Source of the DNA: Craspedostauros australis
Lineage: Eukaryota
Length of the DNA: 64,000 bases
Reading direction: 5' to 3'
NCBI GenBank assembly: GCA_030167865.1
Contig: JALAGF010004851.1
Coordinates: 62,001 to 126,000 of the forward strand
Part shown: piece by piece, positions 56,501 through 64,000 of the stretch
Layout: every line of letters begins with the position of its first letter
Numbering within the stretch: position 1 is the first letter of the stretch
Made by a program: the position numbers and the translations under genes
The notes under the pieces: generated by a model
What the model saw: only the letters and a program-made list of their open reading frames with translations
What the model was told of the DNA's origin: nothing
Databases searched by the model: none

Positions 56501-58320
56501 AGAGCAACATGAGCGACTTTTCACCGGCCTTCGTAAATCCAGTCACATCCATTCGATGGATGGCCAGCAGCCGAGAATCTGCGGTGTCTGAGCTGGGACT
56601 TGCCTGCGAAGATTATACCCCCGACAATAGCCACCATGATATCAGCAGCGAAGACACAGATCAGCACAGCGACGACGATGCATCCGTGAACGATGACATC
56701 GACGATGATACGGACGAAGATGAAGACATTCACATGTCCAGCAGCAACGTGGGGAGGGACGGCACATTGGGAGGACTGCAGGATGTAAAGCAGATGGATT
56801 TGTCTCAGTCGCCGTCAGTTTCAAACAGGTGGGATCCATCTCCGAGCGTCTTGAGGCATGACAATCGTTCGACGTCGAGATCGCAGCATGTACGGCAGTA
56901 CCACCCATCATCTCTGTCATCATTCTCACAACAGAGTCAGACGAATTCAGTCGAATCAAGTTCGGCCCACGACCAGCCTGATACCAACAACAAGTCGGGG
57001 CAACATCATCAAACGCAAGGTGATTCATCGCACAATGCTTCGTCATGTCGCACATCCGGCCCATCTTCGTCTCGGACAGGAGGACGATCGAACGACGATG
57101 GCGACGACGATGACAGTGACGATGACAGTGACGATCATGACCATGACGATGCAACCAGCACCAGTGGATCTGATTCAGAGCAATACATTCCAACATGCCC
57201 GCTGTTGTTTGAGGATTCGAACAAGAGCTTTCAGACGCAGGACTACAGCAGCGGTCGTAGCATGGACACGGACGGAAGCGGACTCGACAAGAGCGGCCAA
57301 ACGAATGCCAGCGACATGGAAAATTCCACCGACGGTGGCGACGGTTCGCGCACCAATTCATCGTCGGACTACAACTGGAATGCTCGTCCCGCCCATCCCA
57401 TCGATCAGCGTTATCGCGATGACTACAACAGCGCCAGCAATTCATTCTCTTCCTCGTCTGAGATCTCGGGCGAATACAATGATGACTACAGCAGCGGCAG
57501 CGACAGTGACAGCGGAAGCCACAGCGAAAGCTACGGCGACAGCTACGATGGGCCCATCCAGGGCTTCCCGACCAGCGAGCGCAGCAATGGAGACGCCATG
57601 TACAACTCGGCCGATTTATCAACGATCAATGAGGCGGGCGAGTCTGCATACCTCACCGACCCTTCCTCCAACCGCCTCATGAAGTCGAAGGGACGATCAG
57701 AGCGGCAGCGTAGAAAGCGCTCCAGCAACAACGAGGCCGCGAGTGTGTCGTCCAACCTCCAAACATCCGATCATTCTCTGTCTCTAAACGACCTGCAGGC
57801 CACGCCCAAGGAACGTAGCACGGCCCACATCAAGCCCTTCGGGGCGCAAGAAGGCTTGCAAGGTTTGGCATCGCCATGCGGAAGTTCCGGCCTTGACTTT
57901 TCGGCCTTCACGTTGGAAGTGGATGGCAGCGATGCCGGGAGCAGCGTCAGCAGCCACAGCACGACAACGAACACGAATGATTCCGGAAGCCAGGTGGATG
58001 CGAGCAGCGGGTACAGCAGCACGTATCACAGCCAAGCATTTGCGTACGACAGGAACGGCGATCATGAGTACCATGACGCCACACCATTCTGGAAGACCCA
58101 GCGTGCCTTTCGGATCGTTCTGGCGATATTCCTGCTGTTCTTGCTGATCGACACCGTGCTGTTGATCGCGTACCTCGCAAGCGACGGTGGTGGTGATGGT
58201 GGTGGCGATGCTGCAGAAAGCAATAACAACGATGCCGGTGGGGAGGATGCCAACGGTCGCAGATTGCTCGGCTTCTTGCGCGGGTCTACGAGTACAATTA
58301 CCTCCAGTGGACAATCATAA
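53518..58320 (+). CDS. Giant Ser/Asp/Gln-rich disordered protein with a single near-C-terminal TM helix (tail-anchored/type II); 1600 aa
   Basis: 4.8 kb uninterrupted ORF. The only hydrophobic segment is IVLAIFLLFLLIDTVLLIAYLA (~58114-58179), preceded by basic KTQRAFR. No signal peptide. Confidence 0.75.
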   Translation: MQQPNKHPRSSPPASRSASPSASRSASRSPSAHKRRPRAGGEPPTAITIPRVTVPSTHGSSRSVATPSTSISSFQSPLPSTTTLSVATPNNSTHSESLRTVGRSSDRWRQHHLERLQSDDHPTHFRSESDEQSALTTPTASGAKKPSMTIPQASPSGYILKRPVRDRQARRERRQQEQQQEQASQEQENQIIDTEGEASTTEDNHSNGSNEDNIAKPTNMDSLRSMEDDYAGQGSQHDQLQQDHECVQPAGQIPHEAALHHHDFSQQQRQPLPPSEQHSYGDAQIETQPLHFQHSPHKSPFDELSSFIRTDKLSIQGPPPVHIPQSRPSATTHSEHESSSHTIPIAPTPPSAYHRAHLDRARPNLIPPGQRPPAMRSSGYSISSGEHTTESFGNTNRHQRPQINTAAPNSDETGSLPRPVDSYDDERLHAYHDRQVGYNSTDDGNETMEASDISSSTRGFGLQQSSNARTVFRHGSSNDSSDVMEDDYVEETVHSDDSNESEDGTGGSDIDDEEDFIGHQLDSSRQWFQNEILSSEDDTTTTNQSNRNSEHQAINPAYDDTETYVSEQSMTSQRIGGFRHVNFNGHGHDSPGGWSAGSSSRQTTQYTASTAASSTCRSADSADLEPTTTMESLVTPWHQSFTSNTEGNPSDQSFLVTPSSVASSQLTMPTFASSQRSVAAMSDDYLQTPTMRSTRIHPSIRELSEHSDSNDEEEATMHDKMLSFRHHDANVADTSTSLLQDTSQQDDTVRSSLLGDDGRPLIASSMKSIDSAHIPNRNTSHVATTSPVHDQQTPANLNDQKQLSIASEISQSGRDPGIARADSKPTSLGSFQSEFSVSLHLGDGRMGQNQSSHADQRTAASGNWTQEEDAAMRNPAGATAMTASTSTLSTAMTMINTVDGSGVGNGPLNEQAVPPSENLPGAHDGVTPFRESIQIPSKASTMDSQPATNRSGETATQGNSIASQLILSPGTRTKQNGSMGLSGEAFTKSPAYSLKSNMSDFSPAFVNPVTSIRWMASSRESAVSELGLACEDYTPDNSHHDISSEDTDQHSDDDASVNDDIDDDTDEDEDIHMSSSNVGRDGTLGGLQDVKQMDLSQSPSVSNRWDPSPSVLRHDNRSTSRSQHVRQYHPSSLSSFSQQSQTNSVESSSAHDQPDTNNKSGQHHQTQGDSSHNASSCRTSGPSSSRTGGRSNDDGDDDDSDDDSDDHDHDDATSTSGSDSEQYIPTCPLLFEDSNKSFQTQDYSSGRSMDTDGSGLDKSGQTNASDMENSTDGGDGSRTNSSSDYNWNARPAHPIDQRYRDDYNSASNSFSSSSEISGEYNDDYSSGSDSDSGSHSESYGDSYDGPIQGFPTSERSNGDAMYNSADLSTINEAGESAYLTDPSSNRLMKSKGRSERQRRKRSSNNEAASVSSNLQTSDHSLSLNDLQATPKERSTAHIKPFGAQEGLQGLASPCGSSGLDFSAFTLEVDGSDAGSSVSSHSTTTNTNDSGSQVDASSGYSSTYHSQAFAYDRNGDHEYHDATPFWKTQRAFRIVLAIFLLFLLIDTVLLIAYLASDGGGDGGGDAAESNNNDAGGEDANGRRLLGFLRGSTSTITSSGQS

Positions 58321-58834
58321 AGTATGTACGTACGTACGTACCCATCGAATTTGGGTGTGGTGGTACATTGGAACCTGCAATTGAATCGGACGATCGACGC
58401 AACTTTACAGTTTATAAACATTACCTTATGTCTGGCATAATCGAATAGCGGAGAGTATGCATTACATTATTTTAATGCGATAGTGCTACAACTCATACTA
58501 CTACTTGTAACAGAGCATTCCGCAATACAATGCAATCCTTGGTGACGGGAATACCCGGATCATTCCCTCACGTGGCGAGATACGATCCATGACACGGCGC
58601 AAGTCCAAGTACTGTGTTAGCTTTGATACGGAATGCGAATCTTGGACTGCAACAACCAAACTGCCAACAAAGACAACATCTCTCTCTCTGCTTGACACCA
58701 TCAACACCACCACACCAACTCGTTCAACGCGACCAGCACAAAGAGCATTGATCAGAAGACCAGGAAGCCACCACAGTACCATAGACACAATTGAATAGAG
58801 CAGCAGTGGTACTCTCTCACACACAGCACTCACG

Positions 58835-59746
58835 ATGGCAAGAACGGCTTCGTTGGCTTTGGTTGCCGCCGTGCTGGCGGTCGTCACAAAGGGCGCAAAT
58901 GGATTCGGCGCCAAGCAGCCGGTTTCCTCCCTGCTGCAGGAGCACTCGTCCGAGATCGCCCAGCTGAAGGATGTCACCAAAGGCGTGATCGGAGACGATG
59001 CGATGTCCCAGCTGCCATACTCCAACGATGTCTTCTTCCTGCGGTACTGCCTCGCTGGTTGGGACGAAGCCAAGCTGAAGGAGACCTTGCAGTGGCGCAC
59101 GACGGGCTCCGGTCTGGCCATCACCAACGCAGCCGCCGAAGCCTATCAGCTCGCGACGGCCGGCGACGCATGGAAGAACGATGCTGCGCGCGACCTCGCA
59201 CCGCACGCATCCGACATCAACCAGTACATCACGCCTTCCACGTGCCTCACGACGCCCACGAACCAGGGCGACCTGCTGTACTGCGTGCGCGCGGGACAGA
59301 TCAACGTGGAGGATCTCATGGAGACGGTCGCTGTCGATCAGCTCAGCGAGTTCTTCATCTACTGCAAGGAGCTCAACGGCATCGTGGCGAACGAACGCTC
59401 CCTGCAGGCGGATGTCATGAAGTACATCATCGTGGCCAACGACCTCAAGGGCGTGCAGCTCGTGGGAGGCGAGACACGATTCCGTGAGGCGCTGGGCGCG
59501 TCGTCGAAGCAAGCCAACGAGATTTACCCAGCGCTGAACGGCCCGACCCTACTGCTGAATCTTCCGGTCTTGCTCAGCGTCCTCGTCAAGCTGTTCACGC
59601 CCCTGTTCCCCAAGGAGGTGGCGGCACGCATCAAGTTTGAGCGCGGTCCTCTCAAGGACATCGACGACCTCATGGACATTGGACATGGCGGCAACGCGCG
59701 AGAGAAGTTCATGTCCGAAGTGGACAACCTATGCTACAGCGATTAG
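58835..59746 (+). CDS. CRAL-TRIO (Sec14-like) lipid-binding protein with signal peptide; 303 aa
   Basis: DVFFLRYC...LKETLQWR (CRAL-N), IIVANDLKGVQL, YPALNGPTLLLNLP...LFTPLFPKEVAARIKF; signal ...KGANG-F. Confidence 0.8.
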   Translation: MARTASLALVAAVLAVVTKGANGFGAKQPVSSLLQEHSSEIAQLKDVTKGVIGDDAMSQLPYSNDVFFLRYCLAGWDEAKLKETLQWRTTGSGLAITNAAAEAYQLATAGDAWKNDAARDLAPHASDINQYITPSTCLTTPTNQGDLLYCVRAGQINVEDLMETVAVDQLSEFFIYCKELNGIVANERSLQADVMKYIIVANDLKGVQLVGGETRFREALGASSKQANEIYPALNGPTLLLNLPVLLSVLVKLFTPLFPKEVAARIKFERGPLKDIDDLMDIGHGGNAREKFMSEVDNLCYSD

Positions 59747-60597
59747 AACGGAGCGTGATGCTGTGCTATGATGGATCGCTAGCCAACAACACGTTATTGT
59801 TGCACGCAAGACTCCACTCTACTATAATCGAAATCTACCCTAAGATTGCTGATCTGCGAGATGTCGGGATTTTAGGAATAACCATCTCGATGATTATCGA
59901 CTGGTTCGAATAAGCGTAAACACGAACCCGAAACAGTTGCTACAATCTGTCCCCAAATCTGATTGGTCAACTGAGCGAAACAGAAGGCCAAAACAAAAGG
60001 AATCCGAACGTTGAGAATCGACAGATGGGAGGCGAAAGATACCCAACCAAATGGCGAATTCCCGCTATGCCAGATGTTCCTCGTTTTCTTCCACAGAATT
60101 GAGACTTTTCTCCCTTGTTTTCGCCGCCCATCACATCACTAACTCCGCACAAAGAGGAGAACAACAGTAGCATCATGACTGGCGAGGAATGTCCCTGCGC
60201 GGAATGAACAAGGAAGGAGAAGAATCGTGAATCGTCGTATCGGTTGCTCGTTCTCGGTCATTGGCGCTGAACACCGATTGCCTTGATCCGTGCATTGGCT
60301 GATGTGCGGATTGATGCAGATGGTCACGACTTGTCTCAACACCATTGACAGCTTCCTTCTTGTTTGCGTCGGTGGTCTGTACGAGTACACACACACACAC
60401 ACACATCATACTATACAAACATTCGGTCCTGCCACACAGCATCGAATCGAGTTGCAACATTGCTCTGTCCGTCTCGTCCCGTACCATACCATTCCACGAT
60501 CGTGGACTTGATCTCGCGTGGAGACCGCTTTGTGGCATCGAGGCATCGAACTGGAGCGCTGCACTGGTGAAGGACCGTGTTTTTCCGCGCAAGGACA

Positions 60598-62205
60598 ATG
60601 ACAATGACCAAGTCTCAGACCAACATGCCAAGCAGCACGACGTCCACGATCATGGGATGGGCCACAGGCTCACACACTTCGAAGAGCAACAATGCTGTGC
60701 GTCGAGAGGGGACTGGCCACAAGCAAGACGCACTGACGGCGACAATGGAACTTCAAGCAGACACATCGAAACCAGCGACGAAGTCAAAAGCTGGGTCGAC
60801 AATGGGAGCATCTGCGGGTGCGACCAAGCAGCAAGCTCGGCGCCGGGTTCCGTTACTGTCTTCGATATCGTCGATATCGTCCTCATCTTCGTTCTCTTCG
60901 TTGCTTTCATCAGCCACTTCTGGCAGCAACGCAGGTAGCGGCGATGAGGAAGGAGCACCGGCGCATCCTGCCGACAACCCGCCAATGATGGACGGTTCGG
61001 TGACGCCCACAGCAACCAACGCCGTGAAGAAAGAAAGCAATTCCAGATGGATCATGCAATTGATCTTACGAGGAGCGCCCACAGTTATTGTTGGTCTCGT
61101 CGTTGGTGTGGCGACGGTCGTCGGCCTCCTGTTGATGGTACGGCCGATGATGGCAGTGCCAAGCGTCCTCGGAACGAGCATCGTCCCGTACATGCACACG
61201 ACAACGATACCCAACTCGCTGTACGTTCCCGGAGGTGGCTTCTCCGGGTTTTGGTACCTCCTCGGTCAGCTGCAGTCCATGAATGGCGCACGCTGTACCG
61301 TTGCTTCGCCCCATGAAACAGCCGTTGCGAATGTTACGGATTTTCCTGCGATTGCACATCAAGATGTCACCCTGGAGGAACCCACCTTCGTGTGCTTCTC
61401 AGGAGCCTGCCTGGCCCTCGTTGCTGCCCAGCTGGGTTGGTCCACCAACCGCACGTACCAAACGACTCGGAAGATCCAAGACATGTGGACGTCCGGCGAG
61501 ATTGCCGTCAGCGAAGTGATGACGACCTTCGTGGATGAGTTGCTCTTGGACTTGGAGATGCTGGACGAGGATCCCGTGTGGCTGTCAAGGCTTGTGATAT
61601 TGACGTCTGCTGGCGTCCGTGCCGAGCACAGCACTCCTGGCCATGGAGAAACTGATACGGCCGCTAACCTTGGCATTGTGCATGAAGGTTGTGGCGACTG
61701 CGTTGAGAGTGGTGAAGAGGATGGAAATGGCGCCGTGATTTCTGATGTTTGCGAGAGTGATGCGGATCGTTGCACGCGTTCACCTACATCGCCGCTGCCA
61801 CAGCCATTGTCAATGCTCCCTTCATGGATTGAGCGGCTGGGGTGGATGCTGGCACCATCGGCATCATTGTCGTCATGGACAGCGCGCGTTGCCGCTTTGG
61901 GCTCCCAAGTGTGGTCGGAACTGCATGCATTCGTGACGGTTGGCCCAGTTCTGAACACGCCCAGCGATCGCGAGTCGTTGCGGCGGCTGCTGATGCAGAC
62001 CTGCTGGGTTCCTGGCGTCACGGGCCGCGCGGTGTGGTACGAGGATCACATGGATGGCGGATTCACGACGCTCGTTCATCCCAAATGCACCAAGTCGATC
62101 TTCCCAGGTTGGGATTGGTCGTTGTACCGACACGCATTTGACCCGTCCTTCGACGAGGCTGAGGTATTCCGATTGGTGGACGCAGGTCGCGCAAACGGGA
62201 TCTGA
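60598..62205 (+). CDS. Membrane-anchored patatin-like phospholipase-domain protein, ~535 aa
   Basis: Oxyanion YVPGGGFSGFWYLLG; nucleophile-like VCFSGAC; LMQTCWVPGVTG; catalytic-Asp HMDGG; TM segment ~61048-61140. Confidence 0.72.
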   Translation: MTMTKSQTNMPSSTTSTIMGWATGSHTSKSNNAVRREGTGHKQDALTATMELQADTSKPATKSKAGSTMGASAGATKQQARRRVPLLSSISSISSSSSFSSLLSSATSGSNAGSGDEEGAPAHPADNPPMMDGSVTPTATNAVKKESNSRWIMQLILRGAPTVIVGLVVGVATVVGLLLMVRPMMAVPSVLGTSIVPYMHTTTIPNSLYVPGGGFSGFWYLLGQLQSMNGARCTVASPHETAVANVTDFPAIAHQDVTLEEPTFVCFSGACLALVAAQLGWSTNRTYQTTRKIQDMWTSGEIAVSEVMTTFVDELLLDLEMLDEDPVWLSRLVILTSAGVRAEHSTPGHGETDTAANLGIVHEGCGDCVESGEEDGNGAVISDVCESDADRCTRSPTSPLPQPLSMLPSWIERLGWMLAPSASLSSWTARVAALGSQVWSELHAFVTVGPVLNTPSDRESLRRLLMQTCWVPGVTGRAVWYEDHMDGGFTTLVHPKCTKSIFPGWDWSLYRHAFDPSFDEAEVFRLVDAGRANGI

Positions 62206-63875
62206 GCGCGACGCGGAGAGCAGGACGCGTGGTTGGAGTCGATCGTGGAAGAATGGACGTTTCTGCTCGGCTGGTCGTTGGTCGTTGGCCGTTGGGCATT
62301 GATCGGCCTCTCCGTGCAGACAAGACCCCCATGAGGGCTGCGATGTTTCGTCCACGCAACAGCAGCATCACGCAGGAAAGGTTGCTGAGGATGGTCACCG
62401 ATGCGCGCAGGATCTTTGGTGATGTTGTCCTCTTTCTTCGCTGCGCCGCGCGTCTCTTCCCATGACTGCGGGCATGCAGGATCAGCAGAGGGAGTGAGCG
62501 AGAACACGAATTGCGAAGCACGGCTATACACGGACATGCCATGTTCATGGCACGTGGGTGCGATACCTTGCAATCACAATGTGAATTGAAGTAGAGCAAT
62601 ATCATTTACCATACATCCACGCGCACGAACAGCTTTGCATCCTTTTGGGGTCTCTGTCCGACCGTGTGTCTCTGTTGTGGCGGTGTGGAAATGGCTTTCT
62701 GTCAGGATGGTTGCATGTTGTGGATCTCTGTGTCTGTATCTCTGCCTGTGTCTGTGTCTCGCCAGATCGGTGTCTTGTGTTGCTATGTGTTGTTCTACGT
62801 TTTTGTGTTGTGATGCGTTCTGTGCTGTGTTGTTTCACGTTTTGTGTTGGCATGAAGGATCGCGAACTTCTTTGTCGGCACTTCCTGTCCCTCTCGCTCT
62901 CTCTATCTTTGAATTCAATAGACTTCTACCTTTCGAGAATAGCATTGGATGTCTGATTGTATCACTCCCGCACTTCCTTGAGACAGCCTTTTTTCGTCTT
63001 GTTGTGTCGCGTTTGTGGCAACCGGGCTTCTTTGTTGCGCAACTTAACAGTGGCGCAGTTGTGCGACAGTCTGTTGAGACCAAATGGGTCTTGCAACACA
63101 CAAGCGTACTTATTGGTCATTCGATGCCTGCATTGCCCTACGCGTTTCACGAAGAAGCCCCATTGATGATAGTCGCACGGCTTCTGACATCTCGTGAGGC
63201 TGTTGCAAGAAGCACATTTTAATAACGACACAGAGACGTGGGCGAATTCGGTCGTGCCATGCGTTAAGCAATAGCGTTGAACGTGTCGCGATTGTGCCCT
63301 CCGCAAGGGCCGGTTGTGACTGACGGGATTCTTTGGGTTGTCTCGTCAGCACCATTGAGTCACATTGATTGTTCGTGGGAAGCGGCGTTTTCCTTTTGGC
63401 ATGCCGTTGGCTGTCCTTTGCCGTGAATGATACTTTGACATTTATCGGCATTCGGGTCTCTCTTGTGCGCGGTGTCGTTATCGGCGGTGTTGTTGGAAAG
63501 GAAAAGCCGCCAAAAACACGCGAGAAGCCTCCAGACAAGCCCCCAACGCAGATCGGTAGAAGGGCCGAGCCAACCGGTGGAGTTGTGCCAATGTCCATGT
63601 GAACACAGCACTTTGGCACAAGTGCGCAGTTGTTTGTGTGTTGCAAACAGTGCAGGAGCGGCAGCAGCACAACACAGCATAACACAGCACAACACAGCAC
63701 AGTGCACCCAGTCAAGGGAAGACAAACAATACAGACCAACACAATCACGCAGCAAGACTCTTGCAGCAACAACAAGGATCAATCGAACATTCAGCACCAT
63801 CGGTCACATCCTCATCCAGAGTCATAACCAAACTCTCACCAAGCAACCAAGCAAGCAAGCAACCAAGAAGCCAAC

Positions 63876-64000
63876 ATGCGCCTCGAAAAGCCCCTGGACG
63901 GATCTCAGCACAGCGTGGACCATGTCCGCAAGCAGCGGCTGCCGGCCCATGCCCAGCTCTTCTCGTGCCAGCACGCCCACGCGCGCCCAAGCACGTACCC
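63876..64000 (+). CDS. Possible 5' start of a gene running off the window
   Basis: CA-rich leader (caagcaagcaagcaacc) then ATG at 63876 with an open frame to the window end. A second ATG in another frame is equally possible. Confidence 0.3.
   Translation, partial: MRLEKPLDGSQHSVDHVRKQRLPAHAQLFSCQHAHARPSTY

Noticed and set aside
62206..63870. Cys/Val/Leu-rich ORFs of 150-220 aa
   Set aside because: Products of TG/CA-rich intergenic simple sequence; no codon bias or motifs.

Overview
Gene-dense eukaryotic nuclear DNA, most likely from a diatom (stramenopile). This rests on GT-AG introns, bipartite signal+Phe plastid presequences, two DUF6824-type genes and diatom-style CA-rich leaders; I cannot identify the species. 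About 22 protein-coding genes are supported, 9 of them rebuilt by hand across introns that the ORF track breaks. Recognisable genes: IWS1 (partial), a Hook-family adaptor, V-ATPase c'' (VMA16), two DUF6824 proteins, a 2xRRM Gly/Tyr-rich RNA-binding protein, a PPR protein, UDP-glucuronate 4-epimerase, a divergent HIBCH/mS47-like protein, a DEK-like protein, a thioredoxin-like protein, mitochondrial MDH, a giant inositol 5-phosphatase, a plastid parvulin, a CRAL-TRIO protein and a patatin-like lipase. Less certain: a LamG+cadherin-like surface protein, a plastid-targeted unknown, a small COX7C-like mitochondrial protein and several low-complexity orphans. I found no rRNA, tRNA, CRISPR or intact transposon, and I cannot support a wholly new multi-gene system. 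Best leads: (i) the modular symmetric-exon Gly/Tyr tail of the RRM gene; (ii) a 5-phosphatase whose catalytic and C2-like folds each appear split by a several-hundred-residue disordered insertion; (iii) a probable pseudo-enzyme HIBCH head-to-head with a cryptic COX7C-like microprotein; (iv) the LamG/cadherin surface protein; (v) a strong orphan hairpin in the 3.8 kb gene-free gap. All family calls come from motif recognition, not database searches.
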